A stretch of DNA of 64,000 nt. Source: a virus (Duplodnaviria > Caudoviricetes). The notes below the pieces were generated by a model. The model was given only the letters and a program-made list of their open reading frames with translations, was not told where the DNA came from and searched no databases. The position numbers and the translations under genes were made by a program. The stretch is taken from IMG/VR virus record IMGVR_UViG_3300013308_000019, positions 31,274 through 95,273 of that record. One strand, written 5' to 3'. Below, piece by piece: positions 44,436 to 54,499 of this stretch. Every line of letters starts with the position of its first letter. Position 1 is the stretch's first letter.

Positions 44436-46988
44436 TGTTTCCTTCCATAGGCTTGTTCATCCGTCCATCTTACCTGCCGCACACCCAACTTGTCAATGAG
44501 AGCATGTACGCCACTTGCAATCGTCGCTAGAGTCTGGTAAGATTAGTGAATGTGGAAATCGAAAACAAGACGCAAATGGGACGAGACAATCGTACCCGAC
44601 AATTTCTCCGTGGTGCGGGTCGAAGAGTATAGGGACGATGGACGGCCCTATGGTTCGCACATAGAGCCACCTCTGTCATCCCTTGAGGGTGCGAACGATC
44701 TGGACAGGCTGCGCTGGAATGCGGCAGTAGTGAGTCATGACTCTGGCGTCAAGGTCAAAGTAGGCCCTGCAAAAGAGTGGGTCAACGGAAAACCGGTCAC
44801 CGGGGTTTATGACATCTATACCAAGAATAGTACACTAGGCGCAGGAAATTTTAATTCCGCGTGGAGTGTACTCATAGGTATCTCGTTAGGTGCCGACGCT
44901 GCTAGAGAAGACCGTAAAGAACAGGAAACAAATGGCCATCAGCCCTAAGCAATTCGTAGCAACAACTGAGTTCCACCAGCATAACCTCAATGCCATGCTG
45001 GAGACGTATATTGACCTGCCGGAAGCCCCCGGTATTCTCGCAGTAATGCTATACCTCCAGCGTTCCATTGAGCTAGCCAAGACAGTAGACTCCGTAGAAG
45101 AAAAGGATAAAAAGTGAAGAACATCATTACAAACGTACAGGCAGGACTCGACTCCCTCTCCGATGTGGACAAGGAGGCCGTAAAGTTCAGCGGACGTATC
45201 CTCGCCCAGTCGGTTCTCTTCTCCCTTGTCAAGGTTACCGTGGTTCACGCCTATGGCCGTAAAATCGCCCCTAACGTCTTCAAAAGCTGGGGACGGACAT
45301 TCGCCGTGGTCTCCCTCATTGAGGCCGCTACAGCCCGCTACAAGCTCTCTGAAGAGGACAAGAAGACCGTCGCAGACATCAAGGAACGACAGGTAGAGCA
45401 GAAGCTTGCCGAAATCCGGAAGTTCGGCGCATGAGTGCCCTCCCGCAGCTACCTCGGGTAGACAAGGACGAGAACTACGAGGAATACCGCGAGTATCTGG
45501 AGACTGACGGAGAACTTGACGTTGAGAAGGTCAAAGAACTTGCCGCTGAATACGAGTGGCTGCGTAAGAACTACGCTGCCATCCTCCAAGCAGACCTCCA
45601 GAACTCGTTTTCCAAGGTAGGCACACACGCCTCTTGGGTGGTGGCAGCTATCCTAGAGCAAGCACAAGCCGATCTGATGGACAATGTTGAAGAACTCATC
45701 GAGATTCTGGAGGGTGGCGGATACATGGACTGTACCCCTGCCGAAACTGTCAGTGAGTACTTCGGCTACGAAGAATGGAAGGAAGACAATGGGTAACCGC
45801 TCATTTAGCCGCCGACTTGGGGCCGAGAAGTACAAGGGTATCAAGCTCCGCCCCGCACAGTGGGAAGTGGAGACTGCTACTAAGATTATGGACCCTGACG
45901 GGTGGCGCAGTCCTCATACCAAGGACTATGCAACTCCCATAGACTACGACGAGTGGTCATGGCGGATGGCGATGTCCACCGTCCAGATGGGTTTGTCTTC
46001 GGACACCGATCTGCTTCCCGCTGAGGAACGCCTACAAAATGCTCTTAAGGCTATCGAAAAGCGGATCGAGTTCGAACAGATGATCTTGTCATCGATTGTA
46101 CCAGATGGTGGAATAGTTGCCGAGAAGCAGCGCTCCTTCATCCAAGGCCTTGACATCGCATGGAGCCTTGTCAGCACCGCATCCCTCGGGAGACAGGCCC
46201 CCGGCACACAAAATTAACCCCTTAAATCCAGGCAATTTACATATTTGCGTGGTAGAATAGAAACACCCTATCAAAAGGATACACAAAATGGCTACACCTA
46301 CAGAAATTGCTAACCTTATCGCTCAGGCATGGGAACTTGACCCGGAGGAAAACTTCTTCGAGTTCCTGTACGACGTGCTTCAGACCAATGAGACCCTGTT
46401 CTCATTGGGTGAAGTGTCCAATGACCAGATTCAGGAAGCACTGAACGCCTACATCGCGGCTGGGGGGAATACGGATGCAGGGGATACAGGCAGCGACCCT
46501 ACAGGAGATTCGGGAAATCCGGAAGGGGATTCTACTAGCACACCATGACCACATGGTCGAGTCCTTTAGACTGAAGCACGAGAACGAACCCTACGAGTTT
46601 ATCAACGACTGGCTCTCCATACAGGAGCAGACGGAGAAACTTATCACAGGCGGGGAAGCACTCTCGGGCTTGACAAAGAGGGCGTACAGGCGTACAAAGG
46701 ATACATTAAAGGGCCAAGACTAGCCCACCTACTACCAAGAAATGACGAAGTTGCCTAAGAAGCAAAAACAGTACATCGACATCCGACTACACCTTGACAA
46801 GGAAGTGAAGGACTACGGAGATGGTGACGTGTATGAACACTTCACCATCGAAGGAGTAGAGCGCATCAAGTTCAAGGGTATCGAAGAGGACCAGCTTGAC
46901 AGCCTCGCAGAGACCGTGGCGCAGAGTGACCACTACCAGATTTATCTGTTCGGTGCCGTAACCTCCGCCCTTGATACGGAGGGTGTCC

Positions 46989-47441
46989 ATGAGCTTTGAG
47001 ATCGTAAAGGGTGACCTTTTTCACCCTGTCTTCGAGTTTGACGGCATCTGTCAGGGAGTCAACACCCTTGGTGTCATGGGTGCCGGAATTGCTGTACCGT
47101 TCCGTGAGACATGGCCGTCGATGTATAATGAGTACAGGCGAAACTGCAAGAGGTTTGGTGCAGCCCTAGCCGGGTCACTCCATACGTGGCACGACCGGGA
47201 ATCTGACCTGACCATCTACAACCTGTTCTCGCAGGTCGAACCGGGCCGGAATGGTGACTACATTCTGCTCCGCAGGGCAGCTGTACAGCTTGTCCTCGAA
47301 GCCGAATCGCGGAACCACGCACGTGTTGGACTGCCGTGGATTGGGTGCGGTATTGCTGGCCTCGCCAAGCACAACGTGGAGGAAATCCTGCATGAAGTGT
47401 TTGACGACTCCCCGGTACATTTCGTACTAGTGGAACAGTAG
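46989..47441 (+). CDS. macrodomain (ADP-ribose binding/hydrolase) protein
   Basis: IVKGDLF, QGVN..GVMGAGIA, YNLF.Q, LPWIGCGIAGL. Confidence 0.88.
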   Translation: MSFEIVKGDLFHPVFEFDGICQGVNTLGVMGAGIAVPFRETWPSMYNEYRRNCKRFGAALAGSLHTWHDRESDLTIYNLFSQVEPGRNGDYILLRRAAVQLVLEAESRNHARVGLPWIGCGIAGLAKHNVEEILHEVFDDSPVHFVLVEQ

Positions 47442-47573
47442 TCTACTCTTTTCAAGATTCTGCCGAGTAATCACATTACTTATTAACTTCATGTTAACCT
47501 CAGAAGCCGGTACCCAAGCAGGTACCGGCCTCTGTGCTGCCCATTTACTTTTTAGCACCCTATATTCTCATAA

Positions 47574-48086
47574 ATGCTATACTGGTTTGACCGTCTAACA
47601 GAGGAAACCAACATGAGAAGCAACCTAAAGCGTGTTTTTGGGGATACTCGTAAGGTGATATCTACGCGTTGGGCTACTCGGGACCTGTACGTTCCCACTT
47701 GGGCAATAAACGCGGTTATCTATATAACTCTCATTCGGTCCTTCTCGTATGGTGTTGAACTATCCGTATTGGGCAATGCCGCTCCAGCTACTGCTTTGGC
47801 GTCTTACACAGCCGTCCTTGGCATCCATATCTGGGGTATACTAATTCTTATAGGCGTATTCGTACTGTTTATTGGTCTCTTGCTTCGGAACTCCATAACT
47901 ATCACGATAGGTGTTCTCTTGTGCTTCGCTGTTTGGGCCTCATTTGGCCTCACACTGGGCTACGGAGCATTGATAGTGGGTACTGGCCTTAGGTTCGCTA
48001 TAGCTGCATTGGCAACTGCCGCAACATGGGGAGTATTCTTTGGTCTCCAGCTAAAGACGCTCCGCAGAAATGGGGTGGAATCATAA
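47574..48086 (+). CDS. multi-TM membrane protein
   Basis: about four hydrophobic segments. Confidence 0.7.
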   Translation: MLYWFDRLTEETNMRSNLKRVFGDTRKVISTRWATRDLYVPTWAINAVIYITLIRSFSYGVELSVLGNAAPATALASYTAVLGIHIWGILILIGVFVLFIGLLLRNSITITIGVLLCFAVWASFGLTLGYGALIVGTGLRFAIAALATAATWGVFFGLQLKTLRRNGVES

Positions 48087-48793
48087 TGAAGTTCTACAGG
48101 TTCCTTTCATGGGTAATTATCGGCTTCACAGTCGTTGTTGCCCTGCTGGGTACAGCATCTGTGGCCACTGCGTCGGTAACCCCGACAACGTCCATTACAC
48201 AGGTAGTCGTACCTACCCCGGTTCCTACACCTAATACGGCAAAGGACCCGTCTACTGTCGCACAGCCTAGCTCACCGGGAGTACTGGAGCAATTCGGTCC
48301 TCCGGGCGTCATCATCACTACTGTTTTGACAGGCGTCCTCATGATCATTAAATCAATCAATGAGGGTAAGAAGATTGACGTAACTACCTACAAGGAACGT
48401 GCCGCCGACGCAGAAGCACGGTCCAATGAGGAAATAGGCAAGGTCCACAAGAAACTGGGAGAGCTTGAAAGAAAGCTCGATGAAGTTATTGCAGACCGAG
48501 ATGAATATAGAGACACACTGGAAGAGCGTAAGGCACACTTCACCCAACAAATTCTGGACATGGAACGTCGCCACCAGAGGGAACTCGAAGATATGCACTC
48601 TGCTCTAATGGTAGAAGTTCACACCCGCCACAAGCTCGAAAGAATCTTGGCGGAGAATGGGATATCGGTGCCACAAACACCGCCCCCATACACTCGGTCC
48701 ATGAAGGAAGAAGTAACGGTCCAAGACCGTGTAGAAGCAACAGCTTCAACAGCTTCAATGAGGGTTATACGAGAATCCGAAGAGTCAAACTAA
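48086..48793 (+). CDS. membrane protein with coiled-coil C-terminus
   Basis: two TM, then long coiled coil. Confidence 0.7.
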   Translation: MKFYRFLSWVIIGFTVVVALLGTASVATASVTPTTSITQVVVPTPVPTPNTAKDPSTVAQPSSPGVLEQFGPPGVIITTVLTGVLMIIKSINEGKKIDVTTYKERAADAEARSNEEIGKVHKKLGELERKLDEVIADRDEYRDTLEERKAHFTQQILDMERRHQRELEDMHSALMVEVHTRHKLERILAENGISVPQTPPPYTRSMKEEVTVQDRVEATASTASMRVIRESEESN

Positions 48794-48812
48794 ACATCCC
48801 TAAGGAGTAACC

Positions 48813-49247
48813 ATGGATGCAGCACTACTTATTTTTCTAGGCCTTTTGGCCCCGTTTGTCACAGCGGCACTGAACCGTGTACGCTGGACAGCTAAAACCA
48901 AGCACCTCGTTGCGTTTGGTGTGTCCATTGTACTTGCCGTGTTCTGGCTGGTCGTCACAGGTGGCTTTGCCGCCTTCGACGTTACAGCTATTATCGCGGC
49001 AATGCCTGCAATTTACACTATCTCGCAGGCCGTGTACGCATTCTTTGTCAAGAATATTGCTTCCAAACTTGAAGCAGCCACCGACAAGAATGCTGTTGTC
49101 GTCTCACCGGCTGAAGAACCTGATAAGGTGATCGTGACATCCAACGACACCATCGAGGTTTCCAACGAGACCGGCGCACCCGCCAACGTAGAGACCACGG
49201 CTCCGGTCAAAATCGACACTGTCGAGAAGATCGAACCACGTGGCTAG
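48813..49247 (+). CDS. putative holin
   Basis: three N-terminal TM segments, charged tail; AAGGAG RBS. Confidence 0.55.
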   Translation: MDAALLIFLGLLAPFVTAALNRVRWTAKTKHLVAFGVSIVLAVFWLVVTGGFAAFDVTAIIAAMPAIYTISQAVYAFFVKNIASKLEAATDKNAVVVSPAEEPDKVIVTSNDTIEVSNETGAPANVETTAPVKIDTVEKIEPRG

Positions 49248-49833
49248 TTCCAAGTAGCGCATAGGGGGTATCCGGAAGGGTGCCCCCTTTGTGTTTGACT
49301 TGACCTACAGGATCGGGTATACTTATAGGATGATGCGGATAAAAACCGAAGAGGGCGAATACAGGATTGACCGGTACCCTCCCGACACAACAAAAATCAT
49401 CGTTGTCTCGCGTAGTCGTGAGGCCATACTGTCCATGGTCGATAGTATCGAACTTGCTGGCACGGCTGAAGACGAAGACTTTGACGACCTCTACATCTAC
49501 TCACTCATGGATGACCAGATGCGTCTGTGGTATGAACTGGTCATCGACCGTAGTACCCTGAAGCTCTGGTTCAATTTTGAGGTTGAACACTACCAACACC
49601 TAGACGGGATTTTCGATGTTTAAAAAAGCTCTTGACTACCTTAGTGGACTGTCATGGTTCTTGATTCTGGCCTTTGCACTTACAGCGGTGTCCGTAGGCT
49701 ACATGCTCTTCGGCTTGCTGGGATTTGCCTTCTACTGGCTTCTGCTGGCCCTATTCATGCTGGGTGTCTCGTTCCGCGAGCCACCTAAGGTTATTACCCG
49801 AACCGTACAGGGCGTGAAGGTTTCCACTAAGAA

Positions 49834-50199
49834 GTGAGAATACTGATTACTGGCTCCCGGACTTGGACAGATGTGTCCTGTATCATCGAAGCAATTACCG
49901 ATGTAGTCCGGGAGTCCGGTGTCTCCAAGGAAGACACCGTGATCGTCCACGGAGCCTGTCCTCGCGGGGCAGACGCAATCGCAGAGGCACTGGCCCTCCA
50001 GTGGGGCGTTGCCGTGGAGCGGCACCCCGCTAACTGGAAGGAGCATGGCCGCAGGGCGGGCTTCGTCCGCAACGCAGAGATGGCCGAGCTTGGCGCTGAC
50101 GTGTGCCTCGCTTTCAACCACAACAACTCAAACGGCACAAAGATGATGGCCGACCTCACACAGAAGGCCGGAATCGAGACCAGAATCTTCAGACGCTGA
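49834..50199 (+). CDS. SLOG family protein (YspA/DUF2493-like)
   Basis: ILITGSR.W, IVHGAC.RGAD, P.NW..HG..AG..RN..M, GT..M. Confidence 0.85.
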   Translation: MRILITGSRTWTDVSCIIEAITDVVRESGVSKEDTVIVHGACPRGADAIAEALALQWGVAVERHPANWKEHGRRAGFVRNAEMAELGADVCLAFNHNNSNGTKMMADLTQKAGIETRIFRR

Positions 50200-50235
50200 G
50201 TTGACAAACAAAATCGGACCATGTAGACTCTTTAC

Positions 50236-51144
50236 ATGATCACATACAAGGCAAAGACAAGCAACGGAGAGATCATCAAGTCCGCTCTCTCCCCATTCAC
50301 CTTCCCAGCAGGGGAAGCGCACACAAAGCGCGAAGAGCGCCGTCAACTGGAGCCTACCGAAATCGCGATCCTCCAGTTCACTCCGGAGTCGATCCACAAC
50401 GACCTGTTCCAGCTTGCCATGTGGAACGACACGGTCAGGCAGGAAGACCCCAAGATCAAGCGGGTGGCGATCATCCCTTACTTCCCCGGTGCACGTGCAG
50501 ACCGTGGTGCCCCTTTCGGCGCTGATGTCTACGTGGAGTTCATTTACAGCCTCTCGCTGGATCAGGTCATCACCTACGACCCCCACTCCGAGGTCTACGT
50601 CGAGCTTCTGGGGCATGATCCGGTTCTGGACGTGACTCCGGTCTACCCGCATGAGCTTCTGGGCACCATGACAGCGCAGATTACCATGCCCAACGTCTAC
50701 GATGGTATCATTGCCCCCGACAAGGGCGCAAAGGTGCGTTCAGGCGCTGTGGCCCGTGAATTGGGCCTACCCCTCTACACGGCCACCAAGACTCGCGACT
50801 TCGAGACAGGTAAGCTCAACGGCTTCGGCATGGAGCAGACTCTCCCCAACGACGGCCATTACCTCATCGTGGATGACATCTGCGACGGTGGTGGCACCTT
50901 TGTCGGACTGGCTAACCACCTTCAGGAAACTACTGAGAACATCCGACTTGACTTGTACGTTTCCCATGGTGTATTCTCTAAGAATGCTTTGGAAAACCTC
51001 GAAAGTGCGTTCTCCAAAGTCTTCACCACAGATTCCTATGACCCGCAGCGGAATCTGACAACCCGAGTCTCCGAATTCCAAGATGACTCTACATGCTTCC
51101 ACCGGATTGACATCATCCGGCCCCTACTTCAGAAAGTGAACTAA
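50236..51144 (+). CDS. prs: ribose-phosphate pyrophosphokinase-like protein (candidate ADPR-PP synthetase)
   Basis: FPAGE, PYFPGARADR, DPHS, APDKGA, IVDDICDGGGTF, SHG.FS. Confidence 0.9.
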   Translation: MITYKAKTSNGEIIKSALSPFTFPAGEAHTKREERRQLEPTEIAILQFTPESIHNDLFQLAMWNDTVRQEDPKIKRVAIIPYFPGARADRGAPFGADVYVEFIYSLSLDQVITYDPHSEVYVELLGHDPVLDVTPVYPHELLGTMTAQITMPNVYDGIIAPDKGAKVRSGAVARELGLPLYTATKTRDFETGKLNGFGMEQTLPNDGHYLIVDDICDGGGTFVGLANHLQETTENIRLDLYVSHGVFSKNALENLESAFSKVFTTDSYDPQRNLTTRVSEFQDDSTCFHRIDIIRPLLQKVN

Positions 51145-51146
51145 TC

Positions 51147-52658
51147 ATGTTTCTTCTTAACCCGCTTCTGGCAACTGACTCCTACAAGCTCTCCCACTTC
51201 ATGATGTACCCGGAGGGCCTCAAGCACGTCGAGTCCAACTACACCAACCGCAAGTCCCGCGTCGAGGGTATCAACCACGTCGTCCAGTTCGGCCTTCAGG
51301 CATGGCTCACGGACTTCACCGAATCCTTCAATCGCTTCTTCTGGGCACCCAAGGCCGAGGTCATCAACGAGTACAAGAACAACACCTCCACCTTCGTCAA
51401 CCCCGGTTTCACCCTCGATCACGTCGAAGCTCTGCACGATTTGGGCTACGTTCCGCTCCAGTTCTCTGCGGCCCCGGAAGGCTCCCTCGTTCCCATCGGC
51501 GTCCCCTCCATCCTGATCAAGTCCACCCACGAGGACTTCGCATGGCTGGTGAACTACGTCGAGTCCGACCTCTCCGCAGGCATCTGGCACCCGTCCACGG
51601 TTGCCACCCTTGCGTGGAAGCTCCGCCGTACTTTCCAAGAGGCTGCACGTGCTACCGGTGGCAGCGAAGAGGGAATCGATTTTCAGGTCCACGACTTCTC
51701 CTACCGTGGTCAGGTCAACCGCGAGGCCGCAATGGCTTCCGGTGCCGCTCACCTTCTCTCCTTCAAGGGTTCTGATGCCGTTCCGGCTGTGCCGTGGGTG
51801 AATTACTACTACCCCGGTGAGGACAATGGCCTCATTGCGGCTTCTGTGCCCGCTACGGAACACTCTGTCATGTGCGTCGGCGGTCAGGAAGACGAGATCG
51901 AGACCTTCCGTCGCCTGCTCAAGCAGTTCCCGACCGGCATTCTGTCCGTCGTCTCCGACACGTGGGACTTCTTCAAGGTTCTCACCGAGTACCTGCCGCT
52001 CCTGAAGGACGAGATCATGGCCCGCGACGGTAAGCTCGTCATCCGTCCGGACTCCGGTGATCCCGCCGACATCATCTGCGGTACCTCCCGCCTCAGCGCT
52101 GACACCGATCTTGCCGGTGTTGAGACACTGACTCCGGAGCAGAAGGGTGCTATCGAACTGCTGGCCGAGACCTTCGGCTACACCGTAAACGAGGCAGGCT
52201 TCAAGGAACTCGACCCGCACATCGGCCTGATCTACGGTGACGGCATGTTCGAGGCACGCATCGAGGACATCAACCTTCGGCTGGCCCGCAAGGGCTACGC
52301 CTCCACCAACTGGGTGGCGGGCATCGGTTCCTACAGCTACCAGATGGTCACCCGAGACACCTTCGGCTCCGCTGTCAAGGCTACGTTCGCAGTCGTCAAC
52401 GATGAAGAGCGTAACATCCAGAAGAACCCGAAGACCGATGACGGCACCAAGAAGTCCGCAACGGGCCGACTGGCTGTCAGCTACATGGCGAACGGCAACC
52501 TCTACCTGATTCAGGGAGCCACGGATGAGCAGATCGCGAACTCCGTCCTCCAGCCTGTGTGGGAAGACGGTAAGTTTGTCAAGACGTACACCTTCGCGCA
52601 GGCTCGCGAGAACCTGAAGCGCACCACCGGAATCCTCGAAAGGAACGGCAGTATCTGA
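51147..52658 (+). CDS. nadV: nicotinamide phosphoribosyltransferase-like protein (candidate nicotinamide ADPR transferase)
   Basis: TDSYK.SH, HDFSYRG, PATEHS, SVVSDTWD, VIRPDSGDP, IYGDG, RDT, KKSA.G. Confidence 0.93.
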   Translation: MFLLNPLLATDSYKLSHFMMYPEGLKHVESNYTNRKSRVEGINHVVQFGLQAWLTDFTESFNRFFWAPKAEVINEYKNNTSTFVNPGFTLDHVEALHDLGYVPLQFSAAPEGSLVPIGVPSILIKSTHEDFAWLVNYVESDLSAGIWHPSTVATLAWKLRRTFQEAARATGGSEEGIDFQVHDFSYRGQVNREAAMASGAAHLLSFKGSDAVPAVPWVNYYYPGEDNGLIAASVPATEHSVMCVGGQEDEIETFRRLLKQFPTGILSVVSDTWDFFKVLTEYLPLLKDEIMARDGKLVIRPDSGDPADIICGTSRLSADTDLAGVETLTPEQKGAIELLAETFGYTVNEAGFKELDPHIGLIYGDGMFEARIEDINLRLARKGYASTNWVAGIGSYSYQMVTRDTFGSAVKATFAVVNDEERNIQKNPKTDDGTKKSATGRLAVSYMANGNLYLIQGATDEQIANSVLQPVWEDGKFVKTYTFAQARENLKRTTGILERNGSI

Positions 52659-53080
52659 TGGAATGGCTCAAGGTCAAGCTTTACGGCAAAGTCCGGGCGT
52701 ATAACAACGTCTACTACAAATCCAAAGCACCGACCCCCAAGAAGGGCTGGCTCCGTAAGTCAGACCTTATGCTGGGAGACCTGTGGTTCAGCACGTCGGA
52801 CGTTCCGCCCACAGCACATGTGTGGTCAGATGGACGCTGGAAGAGACTGGGGATCGACTAATGGCAGAACTATGGCTTGACAGCTTTCCACCACGCAGGA
52901 AAGAATCGTGGTGGCGCAGGGTCTTTGTACTCAGACCCGGAGATGTATGGGAGCAACGAGTCAATGAGTGGGGAGTGTGGGACGACGAGCCACTACGTCG
53001 CTGGATATGGGACGGTAAAAAGTGGGATGAACTCTATACCGACTAGTTAACGCTGCTCAACTAGGTGGTATAATAGGAAA

Positions 53081-53593
53081 ATGAATAATCCTACCACACC
53101 ACCTAGCACAGGACTGCCCTCGCTGTCTGCTGCCACCGTAGAGACCCTAAAAAGCCTACGAGCAACAGACGCGAGGGCTTTCCTGCAATATGTCCGATCT
53201 CTTCGAGCCAATAATTGGCCCCACAGAGCCATTGCAGAGGCCCTAGGAGTCTCCAGAACTGCCTCCCTGAACTGGGAGAGGGCCGCGTCAGTTTCAGACC
53301 CTCTCGTGCCCACTGAGCGCTTCCCTGAGGTCCCGCCCAAGCGTGCCCACACCCCGAGACACAAGTACACCTTCACAGACAAGCAGATTAAAGAGCTTAG
53401 GCATCTCGCCCACGAGGCTTCCAAGGTGCGGAGGTTTACCGATTCGGGTGCTGACTCACGTAAAGCCGCCACTAAGCTTGAGAATCTGCTGCAACACTAT
53501 GCTAAGGCTGGCGCGTCACTGGGCCAGCTAGCCGCACATTGTGAGGTATCTCGCTCATCTATCGCCCAAAGACTCAGGAAGTACCAGAATTGA
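53081..53593 (+). CDS. double helix-turn-helix DNA-binding protein
   Basis: RAIAEALGVSRTA and LGQLAAHCEVSRSSI. Confidence 0.8.
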   Translation: MNNPTTPPSTGLPSLSAATVETLKSLRATDARAFLQYVRSLRANNWPHRAIAEALGVSRTASLNWERAASVSDPLVPTERFPEVPPKRAHTPRHKYTFTDKQIKELRHLAHEASKVRRFTDSGADSRKAATKLENLLQHYAKAGASLGQLAAHCEVSRSSIAQRLRKYQN

Positions 53594-53952
53594 ACACAGC
53601 ACTAGACTTTGCCCCATCCACTAAGTACATCAAACTTGATTTATTTCCTGCCAGCGTGTATACTGGTAGTATTGGTGCGACGGACAATGAGCGAATCTTC
53701 TCTGAAGTCCGAGCTATCGTGACTAATGACTACATCTACTTCGTTGCGGTGGGTCCTGAAGGCCCATATTTTGCACTCAAAGAAGAATTGGTCCAATATG
53801 ACCTAAATTCCACCGGCACCTCGCTGGCGACCGGAATTGACGGGACATACATCATCGAAAGAGACGGCAACTGCGGGTGCGGAACCCGTCTACGGGGTAT
53901 GCGTCTGCTCCCCGGTGTGCCAATCACGGCAAGAATCGTAACACTAGAGTAA
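53590..53952 (+). CDS. hypothetical protein (CGCG motif)
   Basis: coupled to HTH gene. Confidence 0.65.
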   Translation: MNTALDFAPSTKYIKLDLFPASVYTGSIGATDNERIFSEVRAIVTNDYIYFVAVGPEGPYFALKEELVQYDLNSTGTSLATGIDGTYIIERDGNCGCGTRLRGMRLLPGVPITARIVTLE

Positions 53953-54165
53953 AGGTAAAGATCATGCACTCAAGAATCCCTGATTACCAGAGTTTGGTAC
54001 AAGGCTCTGTACATCTACCCGGTCACGACACACAGTTTGGATGTGTCTGGTGCGTCAGGGACGACAAAATAGACGGCCCCGCGAAAAACGGAGTCATCTA
54101 TATGTACGCGGGAACAACTACTTGTGCCGCCCATTTGAAATCTATACTAGAACAGCAGGCAATAA

Positions 54166-54450
54166 ATGTCACTACTCAACCTACTAGTTGATACCGCAGC
54201 CGTCTATCGGCTGACTAAACTTGTAATTGAAGATGAAATCCTAGCGGACATCCGGGAAAAGGTGTGGGAGAAGTACCCACCGGAGACTACCAAGATTGGG
54301 TACCTTACAACTTGTCCGTGGTGTGTATCAATTTGGATGGCTGGGCTGGTATTCGCATTACGCAAGCTAAACCCAGAACTTGCCACCTACATCTCGTCCG
54401 CACTGGCTGCATCAGCCGCTACCGGAATCGCCTACACCCGAGGCCTCTAG
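54166..54450 (+). CDS. DUF1360-like membrane protein
   Basis: YRLTKL..D.I..IR, LTTCPWCVSIW. Confidence 0.75.
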   Translation: MSLLNLLVDTAAVYRLTKLVIEDEILADIREKVWEKYPPETTKIGYLTTCPWCVSIWMAGLVFALRKLNPELATYISSALAASAATGIAYTRGL

Positions 54451-54499
54451 CTAGCATGGTAGAATTAGACTCATACCATTTTATATTTCCGGAGATGTC

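Noticed and set aside
51141-52220. 359-aa minus-strand ORF
   Set aside because: Shadow of the NAMPT-like gene caused by codon bias.
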